Shown: positions 20,504-30,744 of the stretch, one piece after another
How positions within the stretch are numbered: the first letter of the stretch is position 1
Layout: every line of letters begins with the position of its first letter
Assembly: GCA_023898405.1 (NCBI GenBank)
Contig: CP060221.1
Coordinates: forward strand, 2,434,172 to 2,498,171
DNA: 64,000 nt
From: Myxococcales bacterium
Lineage (GTDB): Bacteria > Myxococcota > UBA727 > JABDBI01
Reading direction: 5' to 3'
Made by a program: the position numbers and the translations under genes
Notes under the pieces: model-generated
The model's input: only the letters and a program-made list of their open reading frames with translations
The model's database searches: none
What the model was told of the DNA's origin: nothing

Positions 20504-21205
20504 ATGGATATTTCTCTTGCTATCTTGTGTGCACTTTCATTAGAGGCAGAGCCGATCATAGATGCTCTTGATATGCGGGAATCGTTCGACGTTTTTGATG
20601 CGAGGCTTGGGCTGAGAATTTTTCTATCAGAAGACTCAAAAACCGCTTTGGTGCTTTTTGGTAAGTGCCCAAAGTATAAAGTCGATAGAATCGGCACTCA
20701 ATTTGCAACTCTTGCCGCGTGGGAAACCATCAAAGTGATAAACCCTAAAGCTTTGGCGAGTGTTGGCACAGCTGGTGGTTTTAAATCTAAGGGAGCTCAC
20801 ATAGGGGATGTTTTTTTAAGTTGCGGCCCAATTTATTACCACGGGCGGCACATTCCTGTTGAGGCTTATCATGAATTTGAGAAAGGGGCATTTTTGTCTG
20901 CAGATATAAAAGTTCCTCCTGCTATTAAAGCGGGCATTGTTTCAAGTGGAGATGCTGTTTTTGCATCGATTGATGACCATAAAAAAATGCAGCTCTTTAA
21001 TACCGATGCTAAGGATATGGAAGCTGCTGCTGTCGCTGAAGTTGCTTCTCTGTGTCATACACCTATGTTTGCCCTCAAAGCTATTTCAGATTTTGTAGAT
21101 TCAAATATTTCTACCCATGAACAATTCAAAACCAATTATAAATTTGCCATAGAAAGACTTGTAAGCGCTCTCATGAAGCTGGATCTTATCTGTGCGCAAA
21201 AATAG
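20504..21205 (+). CDS. mtnN: MTA/SAH nucleosidase (PNP/UDP superfamily), plant-type signature
   Basis: GTAGGFKSKGAHIGDVFL, SSGD, KDMEAAAVA, KAISDFVD. Confidence 0.8.
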   Translation: MDISLAILCALSLEAEPIIDALDMRESFDVFDARLGLRIFLSEDSKTALVLFGKCPKYKVDRIGTQFATLAAWETIKVINPKALASVGTAGGFKSKGAHIGDVFLSCGPIYYHGRHIPVEAYHEFEKGAFLSADIKVPPAIKAGIVSSGDAVFASIDDHKKMQLFNTDAKDMEAAAVAEVASLCHTPMFALKAISDFVDSNISTHEQFKTNYKFAIERLVSALMKLDLICAQK

Positions 21206-21208
21206 AAT

Positions 21209-22096
21209 TCAAATAGTGCCCATCATAGAAAGATGAAGTTTAAATAATTTTTCTAGACCGCGACTGTAGCGTTTTGTATTAAAACTGCGGAGCAATGCTT
21301 TTTTCTTTTTGATTTTTTTTATGCCTTTATGGTGCTCTTTTTTGAGCGTAGATAAATATTTGTGCTGAGTGTGAGGAAATTTTTCTAGATAAAGAGCCAT
21401 TTCATTAGTGCCATCACATTCTTTTTTTTCTCTTTCAAAGGTGGCGATAAGATTGCCGATACGGCCGAGCCTTTGACCTATTAAAAAAATCTCACGGCAT
21501 ACTCCCAGTTCTTTTTCGTTAAATTTATTGAGCGCCATAAGATCGATCATGCCAGCGGCAACCATACCCATATTGAAAGGACCATAGATTTTGGCTTCGG
21601 TCATGTTTCTGATCGAGGGAAAGGCTGTCATAAGTTCGGAATAACGATTAGCAAGATAAATCTGCCACACATCAAAGAGAAAAATTTCTTGGCATGCTTG
21701 CCAATTGGGCAAACCGTGCAGAATATTTTGAATGTTTTTGATGAGAAGTTGAGTAAGCTCAATAATTTGTTTTTCTTTTTCACTTTGTACTTCCTGGTAT
21801 CCGCACTGACATGGACCGCCAACTTTGTATAAAATTTTTAATAAGCTCGGATTAAAATAATGTGGATTGTCGGCCATATCGTCGAGCAAAGTGATGAGCA
21901 TGCCCAATAAAATTTTAGCCTTGAGTGCTGATTTAAAATAGCTCTCATTAACAGTATCTAGTGTTGTATAGGTATAACCCTTGACAAGAAATCGAGAAAA
22001 CAGAGCTTTTGGACGGTTATCTATGACCGACACATAATGATCGATGAGCATATCGACTTCTATAGTATCGATTTTTTGTTTGTTTGCTTTGGACAT
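21209..22096 (-). CDS. Divergent class I terpene synthase / isoprenoid synthase-like protein
   Basis: LLDDMAD (DDxxD), RIGNLIATFERE (NSE/DTE-spaced NxxxTxxxE) and a C-terminal KRY. Starts 3 bp after the P450 stop. Confidence 0.68.
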   Translation of the reverse strand: MSKANKQKIDTIEVDMLIDHYVSVIDNRPKALFSRFLVKGYTYTTLDTVNESYFKSALKAKILLGMLITLLDDMADNPHYFNPSLLKILYKVGGPCQCGYQEVQSEKEKQIIELTQLLIKNIQNILHGLPNWQACQEIFLFDVWQIYLANRYSELMTAFPSIRNMTEAKIYGPFNMGMVAAGMIDLMALNKFNEKELGVCREIFLIGQRLGRIGNLIATFEREKKECDGTNEMALYLEKFPHTQHKYLSTLKKEHHKGIKKIKKKKALLRSFNTKRYSRGLEKLFKLHLSMMGTI

Positions 22097-22099
22097 TAA

Positions 22100-23302
22100 T
22101 CATCTCTTGCTAAATTTTATCTTTTGACCACTTTTGGGGTGAAGCGTGATGAGCTGCTCTGTTTCTATTGAGTGGCCGACCGGCTCAATGTAAAAATTTT
22201 TACAAAAAATTTGTAAGATAATGCATGCCTCAAGATAGGCGAGTCTTTCTCCAACACATGATTTGTTTCCTAGGCTAAATGGCATAAAAGCTGGATTATG
22301 GTGGCAATCAATAAATCTGTTGGGATCAAAAATATGAGGGTCTTTAAAATAAGTGTGGCTGTTATGAATTTGCTTAATAGCAATGATTATTTGATCGCCT
22401 TTGTAAATGTTTAATCCTTGTATAGAAGTATTTTTTTTAGCTTTTTTTGTCACCATGTAGGCCGGAGGATAGAGCCTAAGGCTTTCTTGATAGATAGCTT
22501 TGGTGAAAATAAAATCATTGGCGATACGGTCTTGATAATGCGCATACCGGGTCAACAGCAAAAAAGTAAAAGCCAAAGATGAAGCTGTAGTCTCATGTCC
22601 TGCAAATAAAAAGGTCATGCATTGATCAATAATATGAGGGCTCTTTGAAAATAAATTTACAATGTTTTTTTCTTGTTTGGATGTCTCTTGCTTGAGCGTT
22701 GAGAGAATAAAGCCTCTGATGGAATTTTTAAGCGCAATTATTTCTTTGTTCTGTCTTGATGGTAACCAAAGCGGTAGTGATATGAGCTGATTGATGCGAT
22801 TGCCACAAATATGGTTGAGCCGTAAAAACTCTTGTCCAACTTTTTTAGAAGAATCTTTATAGTTCACACCCAAAAAAATGCGAAAAGCCGTATTAAGAAT
22901 AAGTTCGGTCATGAGTTCATCGATAGCAATTGCTCTATCATTAGGGATTGAGCTGACATAGGATAAAGCAATTTCTTCGATGACAGCTTGCAGATGAGCC
23001 AAATTATCTTGGCTAAAAATTGCGCGAGATTTTTTTCGTACTTCCTGTGAAGCTTTTCCCTCGAGTTGTACCAGTCCATGCTCACCGGTAATAGGAGTTA
23101 TTTTTTTCAAAATAGTATCGTTTTTACCAAAAGCATCTGCATAGGTGACTAAAATTTCACGAGCAGCTTGAGCGTTAAATACAAATATAAATGCTTTGTG
23201 GCCGATGTGAGATCGTTGAATACCTGGCCCCGAACGAGCCAAGCTATCTAATAATTCGATCGGGTTGCTAAGAAACATTCTTAGCCTTTCAAGGTTATCC
23301 AT
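22100..23302 (-). CDS. Cytochrome P450
   Basis: AGHETT (I-helix), ESLRLYPP (ExxR), FDPNRF, FSLGNKSCVG (heme Cys). Confidence 0.97.
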   Translation of the reverse strand: MDNLERLRMFLSNPIELLDSLARSGPGIQRSHIGHKAFIFVFNAQAAREILVTYADAFGKNDTILKKITPITGEHGLVQLEGKASQEVRKKSRAIFSQDNLAHLQAVIEEIALSYVSSIPNDRAIAIDELMTELILNTAFRIFLGVNYKDSSKKVGQEFLRLNHICGNRINQLISLPLWLPSRQNKEIIALKNSIRGFILSTLKQETSKQEKNIVNLFSKSPHIIDQCMTFLFAGHETTASSLAFTFLLLTRYAHYQDRIANDFIFTKAIYQESLRLYPPAYMVTKKAKKNTSIQGLNIYKGDQIIIAIKQIHNSHTYFKDPHIFDPNRFIDCHHNPAFMPFSLGNKSCVGERLAYLEACIILQIFCKNFYIEPVGHSIETEQLITLHPKSGQKIKFSKR

Positions 23303-23392
23303 GCACTGCTAACAAAATTAGCGGATGCAAACTTCCAGAAAAATTTTAGAGCTTAATAAAAGAACCGTCGCACAGCTGGCAGAGAATGTACG

Positions 23393-23884
23393 TTATTCTT
23401 TTTCTAGAAAAACACTATTCATATGAAGAATGTAATCCTCGTGCCTTATATAAGCTTCCCAGTCAATTCCTTGCTTCTGGGCTTGTTCTTGCAAGCTTGA
23501 ATAACTTGAATCTAAGGTACCCAAAAGATATTGAGAGAAGGGACAATCAAGTTTTGCACTTACTAAAAGAATCTCAATAGCCTGTTTATTTTTTTTAGGA
23601 CCTTGTTTCAGTAAATACAAACCAAGCGAATAGCCCGCAGGAGCATAATTATTCTCCAGAGCTTTTTGAAACCAAAATTTTGTTTTCATGCGACTATATT
23701 TATTCGAAACTTGAGTCATATAATAAGTGCCCAAAAGATACTGAGCTTGAGGGTTTTTGAGCTGAGCTTGCTTTATTAGTTGGCCCAGGCCTTGGGGTTT
23801 TAATGAGAAAGTGGGTCCTGAAAAACTACTTATTGATAAAAGATATGCAAACAAGAGAAGCAAAAAACGCCATTTCAATATCAT
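23393..23884 (-). CDS. Sel1-like (TPR) repeat protein, secreted
   Basis: AQYLLGTYY...WFQKA.E.NYAPAGYSLG and SQYLLG repeats. Signal-like N-terminus from the ATG at 23884. Confidence 0.75.
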   Translation of the reverse strand: MILKWRFLLLLFAYLLSISSFSGPTFSLKPQGLGQLIKQAQLKNPQAQYLLGTYYMTQVSNKYSRMKTKFWFQKALENNYAPAGYSLGLYLLKQGPKKNKQAIEILLVSAKLDCPFSQYLLGTLDSSYSSLQEQAQKQGIDWEAYIRHEDYILHMNSVFLEKE

Positions 23885-24080
23885 TTTTTTCTCGTGAGGG
23901 ATTAAGAACAGCTCAATAAGAATAATAAGCTTGATAAAATTATTCCAACCTAACTTGCTCAAGCCTGGGTATGGGCTCAAAAAAACATCACATATGAAAC
24001 AGTTTTATTGTTCGAAGCTGGCCTTTATGAAAAGACGTCATTATTTTTAGACAGTGCTTTGTGAAACGAAGGGAGAATAT

Positions 24081-24908
24081 ATGGCTGTTATTGTTGCTGT
24101 AGGGCAAATGACCTCAGGTTCTGATAAGGAAGTTAATCTGTCAAAGATCGAGAAAATTGTGGCAAAAGCTCGAGCACGGCAGGCAAAATTTTTAAGCCTG
24201 CCAGAAAATTGTGTTTATTTTGGCAATAATCACGATGCTTTTAGAATGGCAGAGCCTCTTAACGGAGAGAGCATAAAGTTCATAAGTGATTTAGCTCAAA
24301 AAAATAAAATGTGGATTTCTGTAGGAGGATTTCAGGAGCAAATAGCTGGTGAAAAAAAATTTTATAATTCGCATGTGCTCATAGATGACAAAGGCATCAT
24401 TGTTGAAGTTTATAGAAAAATACATCTTTTCTCAGTGAGCCTACCTGATGGAAGTACTTATCGTGAAGATAGTTCTGTACGCCCAGGGAAGGCTATAGTT
24501 TGCCATCAAACGCCTTTTTTTAAAGTTGCCTTATCAATTTGCTACGATATACGTTTTTCTTATTTGTATTGGGCTCTTAGAAACATGGGAGCTCAGGTCA
24601 TTCTTGTGCCTGCAGCATTTACCGATACGACTGGTAAAGCCCACTGGGAGATTTTGTGTAGAGCGCGGGCCATTGAAACACAAAGCTATGTCCTAGCTGC
24701 AGCTCAAAGTGGATATCATGAAAATAATAGAGTTACTTACGGTCATGCCGTGATTGTGGATCCTTGGGGAACCCTTATTGCTCAATGTGGCAATAACAAC
24801 GATATAGCCTGTGCAGAAATAGATTTAGAGTATTTAAAAAATATTCGCACCCAAGTTCCCATTGAGCATCAGCAACGAAGTTTAGATAATGGACAGCAAA
24901 AAATTTAA
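24081..24908 (+). CDS. Carbon-nitrogen hydrolase (Nit1/YafV-like, deaminated glutathione amidase family)
   Basis: LPEN (E), YRKIHLF (K), ICYDIRF (C) triad, RARAIETQ.YV.AAAQ. Confidence 0.93.
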   Translation: MAVIVAVGQMTSGSDKEVNLSKIEKIVAKARARQAKFLSLPENCVYFGNNHDAFRMAEPLNGESIKFISDLAQKNKMWISVGGFQEQIAGEKKFYNSHVLIDDKGIIVEVYRKIHLFSVSLPDGSTYREDSSVRPGKAIVCHQTPFFKVALSICYDIRFSYLYWALRNMGAQVILVPAAFTDTTGKAHWEILCRARAIETQSYVLAAAQSGYHENNRVTYGHAVIVDPWGTLIAQCGNNNDIACAEIDLEYLKNIRTQVPIEHQQRSLDNGQQKI

Positions 24909-25680
24909 AGAACGCACCTGCTTTTTACTGAGTTTTTCTTATTTGGGAGAAGGTTTCTTAGGAGTACAAGAACAGCCTGGTCTGAGAACTGTTTTGGGTG
25001 CGTTGCGCGAACGCATTGAACAATTGGCTGGGCAAAAAGCATGTGCAATGTGTGTAGCTGCCCGTACCGATAGAGGAGTGCAGGCTTTAGATAATTTTGT
25101 AACCTTTTATCTTAGAAATCCTTGTGATGCCAGTTCAACAATTGAAGGATTATTAAGAACTCAGGAGCCAGGTCTTTTTATTAAATTTGTGAAAAGAGTC
25201 TCGCCCCATGTCCATGCAAGAGCAAATGCTCATGGCAAACTATACCGCTACACTATTTTGGATAATTGCGCTGATACCGAAACTCAGAACTTAGCTTGGC
25301 ATATCGCTCCAAGCATAGATATTGATGCCATGAAAAAAGCAGTACTCAATCTAATTGGTGAGCATGATTTTTCATCTTTTAGAGGGAGAAGGTGTGGAGC
25401 TAAAAATCCTGTCAAATATCTAAAAAAAATTACCATTGCACGAGTTTCACAGTGCTTTGTCGTTATCGAAGTAGAGGGTAATGGTTTTTTACGCTACATG
25501 ATACGCAACATAGTTGGCACTTTGGTAGAAGTTGGCACGGGCTTAAGAAACCCCGTTGATGTAAAAAATATTCTTGATGCCAAAGATCGCCAGGCTGCTG
25601 GTATTATGGCGCCCGCCCATGGCCTGTGCTTAGTGAAGGTCAATTTTAAAGTTTCTGACAAAGACATCTATGAAGTGTAA
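24889..25680 (+). CDS. truA: tRNA pseudouridine(38-40) synthase TruA
   Basis: ARTDRGVQA, HARA.A..K.YRY, GEHDFSSF, GFLRYMIRNIVGTL, APAHGLCL. Confidence 0.95.
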   Translation: MDSKKFKERTCFLLSFSYLGEGFLGVQEQPGLRTVLGALRERIEQLAGQKACAMCVAARTDRGVQALDNFVTFYLRNPCDASSTIEGLLRTQEPGLFIKFVKRVSPHVHARANAHGKLYRYTILDNCADTETQNLAWHIAPSIDIDAMKKAVLNLIGEHDFSSFRGRRCGAKNPVKYLKKITIARVSQCFVVIEVEGNGFLRYMIRNIVGTLVEVGTGLRNPVDVKNILDAKDRQAAGIMAPAHGLCLVKVNFKVSDKDIYEV

Positions 25681-25831
25681 GGTTTTGCATGTTTAAGCTA
25701 TAAAATGTAACGGTTCAAACTTGAACTGACAGACACTCCCAATTAAGCTAGACTGCTTGCTTATCCTCTCGCCTGTTCCCAATAAAATGTGGAATGACCA
25801 AGAAATGCCCCAATTCATTGGGGAAGGTGAG

Positions 25832-26200
25832 CTACTTTGTTGTGAGCAGTTTACGGAAAAAAATGCGGTCATGGCCTTCTATGTAGTCTTTCATTATACC
25901 TATTTCATGGTATCCAAGCTTTTGGCAGAAATTGGCAGCCTGGAAAGCTAATGTGTCTGTTGTAGAATAGGCCACTCCTCTTTGACGACCTTCTTTTTCA
26001 GCCGCTCTCATTAATTTAGATCCGATTCCTCTTCCTCTATGGTTTTTATAAACCCAGAGTATATAAATGAAGATGGACTGCTTTTCAGCGAATAGAATCA
26101 ATCCGCCAATAATTTTTCTATTTTCATCAAAGGCCAAAAAAGATATTTCTTCGTCTTAGCCTATTTTTTGCGCATTGAAGCGAAAAGTTGCGCTAAGCAT
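25832..26200 (-). pseudogene. GNAT-family acetyltransferase, probably N-terminally disrupted
   Basis: LWV...HRGRGIGSKLM.AAE, DTLAFQA..F.QKLGY. In-frame TAA at 26156-26158 (NAQKIG*DEEISF) upstream of the 101-aa ORF. Confidence 0.6.
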
Positions 26201-26397
26201 GTTGAGAAGAATTAAGGCCGTTAAGAGTCTTGTAAACCCTTAAGTGACTTGCCGGTTCCATTACTCCCTCTAAACCTCCTCGTAGCAATTTTTAGGGGGA
26301 GCTTGTACATGGGTAAAAGAGAAGATTGCTGTCATGGTTATTATGAGCCAAAAAACATCAATAATTTATGTGCTTACTCAAAAAAAAGGAAATTTGC

Positions 26398-27093
26398 ATG
26401 AAATTATTTGGATTATTGGCAGGTATTTTAATTGCATTAATTAACATTGAGGGAAGGGCTGCCGAAATAATTGAATTATCTGAAAGCAAAATTGATGCTC
26501 AATGCATGAGTGATTCAGATTTTCAAAGTCTAATAGTAAACATAAATGAAATTAGGAATCTTATTTTGCAGTCTAAATTCATAGAAAACCCTGAGAACAG
26601 AGAGAATTATCGTAAGGAGCGATATGAAGAAGTCTATAAACTATTGAAATCATCACCGCAAAAATATGGCAAATTTAGTCTTGAACAAATAACTGATTTG
26701 TTTTTTAATAATTCGTTTTTTTTTAATTTATTGATAGAAGTTGTTGATTTTGAAACATTAAAAATTATAAAAATATGTGTTTTAATAAATCATAAGCATC
26801 GTTCATGTTATGACTTAAATGAATTTGAATCAGATTTAAGATTAATTGCCCAAAGGGCATTTGATATGGAAATGGAGAGTGCTGAAAAAAAATCTTTTAT
26901 AGAAGAGATTTTTAATTATTGCCTAAGGAATAAAAATAATAAAGCAAAAGGGTATAGTGGAAAGAAAATAGAGAAAATGTATTTAAAAATAATTGAAGAG
27001 AATATTAGAAAACGAAAACCAGACGATGTTCGTGCACCATTAGCGCCACTAAATAAACAATTTAAAATTCAAGAAAAGATAGAGTGGGATTAA
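26398..27093 (+). CDS. Hypothetical secreted protein
   Basis: RBS AAGGA and signal peptide MKLFGLLAGILIALINIEGRA. Very AT-rich. Confidence 0.65.
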   Translation: MKLFGLLAGILIALINIEGRAAEIIELSESKIDAQCMSDSDFQSLIVNINEIRNLILQSKFIENPENRENYRKERYEEVYKLLKSSPQKYGKFSLEQITDLFFNNSFFFNLLIEVVDFETLKIIKICVLINHKHRSCYDLNEFESDLRLIAQRAFDMEMESAEKKSFIEEIFNYCLRNKNNKAKGYSGKKIEKMYLKIIEENIRKRKPDDVRAPLAPLNKQFKIQEKIEWD

Positions 27094-27290
27094 AAATCAA
27101 TTCAAGTTGTTAAATTTTCATCTTTTTATAAGGAACAAAAATTTAACAAGTGAGTGATTGGTGTGTTATTAAGATTCTCTTATTTGCTTTTTTTAACCAT
27201 TTTTCTCATTTTCGAGTATTTATATAGCAGTTTTTACTTGATAACTAACCTTAACCTTAGGGCGCTAGTTGATTGATTTTTTTGCTAGCG

Positions 27291-28658
27291 CTAGATCAGA
27301 GACTCTTTCAAAAAATGGCGAGCTTCCCGCTCATATTCAGCCGCAATGTCTTGGGCGATATTTTTGCATTTTTGACTAGAAGAAGCTTCAACAAGGATTC
27401 TTAGTTTATTTTCGGTGCCGCTATAACGCACAACCACTCTGCCTAAATTTTCTAGGCTCTCATTGGAATCGGCTATGAGTCTAGAAGTTGACGGCAATTC
27501 ACTTAAAGGAATTTTTTTTGAGACGTCGAGGTTTTTTAAAATACTTGGGACAGGCTGATAAAAATTTGTAAGTTCAGAGATTGTTCTAGCAGATGAACAG
27601 ATAATTTCTATGAGCTGAAGAGCAAAATAAATTCCATCTCCTGTGTAGGTATGGGGGAACATAATGAGATGCCCAGAATTTTCTCCGCCCAAAGTAAAAT
27701 TGTTTTGACGCATGTGGCGAGCCACATATTTATCGCCAACAGGAGTTTTTTCAACTTTAATATTAAAAGGTAGGAGCGCCTGATCTAAGGCTACGCTGCT
27801 CATGATAGTGCTCACCAGGGTGTTATTTTCGAGCATTGATTTTTTTTGCAGAAATATTGCAAACAATGCAAGTATCGCATCACCGTTAATTAAAGTTCCT
27901 TTTTCATTGGCAAAGACAACGCGATCAGCGTCGCCATCAAAAGCAATGCCCAAATCTGCTCTGAAGTCGATGACGGCTTCCTCTAAGTTTTTTGGGTGTT
28001 CGCTGCCAACGTCTTGATTAATATTGTATCCATCGGGAGAAGCACCGATAATTTTTACATCTAAACCCAGTGATGAGAAAAGTTGAGGAGCAACAAATGA
28101 TGCCGCCCCATGGGCGCAGTCAATAACGATTCGTTTATCTCTTAATACACAACGATCAATGCCAGAGAGCAATGCTTCTAAATAATTTTGTTGAGCACTT
28201 TCATTCTGTATGCATAAGCCTGGGGAAGGTGATGGAGGAGCAAGCAGGATACTTGAATTATTGTATTGCTCTTCTATAAGTTGCTCGAGTTGCAGCTCTA
28301 TCTTAAATCCATCTGGTCCAAAAAATTTGATTCCATTATCGCATGCTGGATTGTGGCTAGCAGAGATAACAAGGCCAAAGGCAGCACCTTGCGCCTGAGT
28401 TGCATGGGCAACAGCTGCACTAGGAATGATGCCCAAAAGTTGGCAGTTGATACCTGTCGAGGTAATCCCTGAACTTAAAGCCAATTCAATGTAGTTTCCT
28501 GAGGCACGAGTGTCTCTCCCAATCAAGATGGAATTTTTTCCTGATTTTAGGGCCAATCCTCCTAATATTCTGCCAATCCTGCACATGTTTTCAGGGGCGA
28601 GCTTTGCAGAGGTGATAGGCCCACGTATTCCATCTGTACCAAATAATCGAGATGTCAT
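27291..28658 (-). CDS. glmM: Phosphoglucosamine mutase
   Basis: LFGTDGIRG, GRDTRASG, ISASHNP, FDGDADR, GGENSGH, RYSGTE. Confidence 0.96.
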   Translation of the reverse strand: MTSRLFGTDGIRGPITSAKLAPENMCRIGRILGGLALKSGKNSILIGRDTRASGNYIELALSSGITSTGINCQLLGIIPSAAVAHATQAQGAAFGLVISASHNPACDNGIKFFGPDGFKIELQLEQLIEEQYNNSSILLAPPSPSPGLCIQNESAQQNYLEALLSGIDRCVLRDKRIVIDCAHGAASFVAPQLFSSLGLDVKIIGASPDGYNINQDVGSEHPKNLEEAVIDFRADLGIAFDGDADRVVFANEKGTLINGDAILALFAIFLQKKSMLENNTLVSTIMSSVALDQALLPFNIKVEKTPVGDKYVARHMRQNNFTLGGENSGHLIMFPHTYTGDGIYFALQLIEIICSSARTISELTNFYQPVPSILKNLDVSKKIPLSELPSTSRLIADSNESLENLGRVVVRYSGTENKLRILVEASSSQKCKNIAQDIAAEYEREARHFLKESLI

Positions 28659-28799
28659 ATGGGTTTGGTGTCCAGTGTGTTAGAGGAAAATCAGCTCATC
28701 CATGGCAAAAAAAGTGCATTAGGACAACTGAGCCTCATAAAAAAACTCAGATTGCACCAAAGCATGGCAAAGAAAGCTATACGAGTTGTAGGAGCTAGT

Positions 28800-29705
28800 A
28801 TGAGTATCGTTGTTGTTGGATCGATTGCTTTTGATTCGGTAAGTACTCCCCATGGAAAACGTGAGAAATCGCTTGGAGGAGCTGCTAACTATTTTGCCAT
28901 TGCCGCGCAATTTTACACAAAAATTTGCATGGTTGGAGTAGTGGGAGAAGACTTTCCAAAAAGCCACTTAGAACTGCTCAAACAAAAAAATATTGATATT
29001 TCTGGTATCGCTCAAAAAGCTGGATATTCTTTTCATTGGCAAGGCGAGTACGGTTTTGATTTAAATTCAGCTCAAACGCTTAAAACAGAGCTCAATGTAT
29101 TTGAGGACTTCTTGCCGCAGCTGCCACAATCTTACCGTCATGCGGAAACAGTTTTCTTGGCAAATATTGACCCTGAATTACAAATTCACGTTTTACAGCA
29201 AATGACAAAGCCAAAAATAAAAGCTCTGGATACCATGAATTTCTGGATTGAGCGTAAATTAAATCAGCTTAAGCAAGCTATTTCAATGGTAGATATTTTG
29301 TTTGTAAATGATGCCGAAATAAGAAGTCTTACTGGCGAACATAACATTATTAAAGCAGCAAAAGCCGCATTGGCAATTGGGGCAAAAATTATTGTCATAA
29401 AACGTGGCGAATATGGTGCGCTTTTATTTTTTGACACACATGTCGCTCATGTGCCTGCATTTTTGGTGGAAGAAGTTTTTGATCCAACCGGAGCTGGTGA
29501 CAGTTTTGCGGGTGGATTTTTAGGATATCTCGATACAAAAGATGGCTTTTCTATTAATCATCTTAAAGAAGCAATGGTTGCAGGGACCGTAATGTCTAGT
29601 TTTGCCATTGAAAAGTTCTCTTTTGATCGCGTTTTGGAACTAGATGAAACTATGCTTTCAAAGCGCAAAGAACAGCTCTTAGCTTTATCTCATATTTGCT
29701 TATGA
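28800..29705 (+). CDS. PfkB-family carbohydrate/nucleoside kinase
   Basis: VVVGSIAFD, LGGAANY, DPTGAGDSFAGG. ATG at 28800 preferred. Confidence 0.93.
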   Translation: MSIVVVGSIAFDSVSTPHGKREKSLGGAANYFAIAAQFYTKICMVGVVGEDFPKSHLELLKQKNIDISGIAQKAGYSFHWQGEYGFDLNSAQTLKTELNVFEDFLPQLPQSYRHAETVFLANIDPELQIHVLQQMTKPKIKALDTMNFWIERKLNQLKQAISMVDILFVNDAEIRSLTGEHNIIKAAKAALAIGAKIIVIKRGEYGALLFFDTHVAHVPAFLVEEVFDPTGAGDSFAGGFLGYLDTKDGFSINHLKEAMVAGTVMSSFAIEKFSFDRVLELDETMLSKRKEQLLALSHICL

Positions 29706-29799
29706 GCCTTCGAGCTTCTTGTCAGATGTGGTGTTTTTGTTAGCTTTGGTCATTTTTATTGAACCAAAGTTGATTATTAACACAATTTTCAAGATAAGG

Positions 29800-30387
29800 A
29801 TGAAATGCATGCCACATCGCCAAGCACTGCTAGAGCTTTTAGCGAAATACAAAACGCTCGATAAGAAAGAACAACAAGATCAAGAAGCTATTGTTGCTTT
29901 TGTTCAAAGCAATCGAGATTGTTTTTTGCGCAGCAATCTAGAAGGCCATATAACAGCATCTTGTTGGCTATTAAGTCCAGACTATAAAGAAGTTTTGATA
30001 ACTCATCACAAAAAAATAGGATTGTGGTTACAACTTGGTGGGCATGCAGATGGCGAGAGCGATGTTTTGCAAGTAGCGCTTAAAGAAGCGCATGAAGAGT
30101 CCGGCATCGATGGAATCATAGCGCTTGAAGGAGGAATCTTTGATCTAGAAATACATTCGATAGATCGACATCAAGATGTTCCTAAACATTTGCATTATGA
30201 TGTGCGTTTTTTGCTCAGAGCTCCAAAAAAAGAATTTTGGGTTTCAGAGGAGTCGCATAATCTAGCTTGGGTAAAGATCAAAGACGTGATTGTTGAGCCC
30301 CGGTTTACCAGTTCTTTAAAGAGAATGGCTGAAAAATGGCAAAAAAAACTGGAACCCTTGGGGCTCCAGCTTGAAGAGACAGTCTAA
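29800..30387 (+). CDS. NUDIX hydrolase
   Basis: GHITAS, WLQLGGHADGE...ALKEAHEESG (Nudix box), HLHYDVRF. Confidence 0.93.
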   Translation: MKCMPHRQALLELLAKYKTLDKKEQQDQEAIVAFVQSNRDCFLRSNLEGHITASCWLLSPDYKEVLITHHKKIGLWLQLGGHADGESDVLQVALKEAHEESGIDGIIALEGGIFDLEIHSIDRHQDVPKHLHYDVRFLLRAPKKEFWVSEESHNLAWVKIKDVIVEPRFTSSLKRMAEKWQKKLEPLGLQLEETV

Positions 30388-30390
30388 AGA

Positions 30391-30744
30391 CTATTCTACC
30401 ATTGGAGGAACTCTGTAGAGATACATTGGGTTGTAGTATCCCCAGCTATAATTATTGAATCCGCAGCTGTGGTATCGGCGATAGTTTGGGCAGCCACAAT
30501 TGGTATATTGATGATGGCAGCAACCATGACCATAGCCAACATTATAAAAATTTGTTCTATGGCGGCCAAAATTCCACCAACCCATATTTGAGCTATTGCC
30601 ATCTTGTAAATTAAGATTTTCTTGATCGTAGTTGCCGTATTGTTCAATATTATCTTGATTGTAATTCACTTCATCGCTATTTGCTGAAAGAGCAAAATTT
30701 GCTGCCAAGCAGCTGAAAGTGCAGGCAAAAATAAAATATTTCAT
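30391..30744 (-). CDS. Small secreted N/Y/G/C-rich hypothetical protein
   Basis: Signal peptide MKYFIFACTFSCLAANFALSA followed by low-complexity Y/G/C/H repeats. Confidence 0.55.
   Translation of the reverse strand: MKYFIFACTFSCLAANFALSANSDEVNYNQDNIEQYGNYDQENLNLQDGNSSNMGWWNFGRHRTNFYNVGYGHGCCHHQYTNCGCPNYRRYHSCGFNNYSWGYYNPMYLYRVPPMVE

Noticed and set aside
28659-28799. N-terminal extension of the PfkB ORF (similar over-long starts at 38582, 52799, 2064 and 29719)
   Set aside because: Family-typical N-termini begin at downstream ATGs, and the extensions overlap promoter regions or neighbouring elements.
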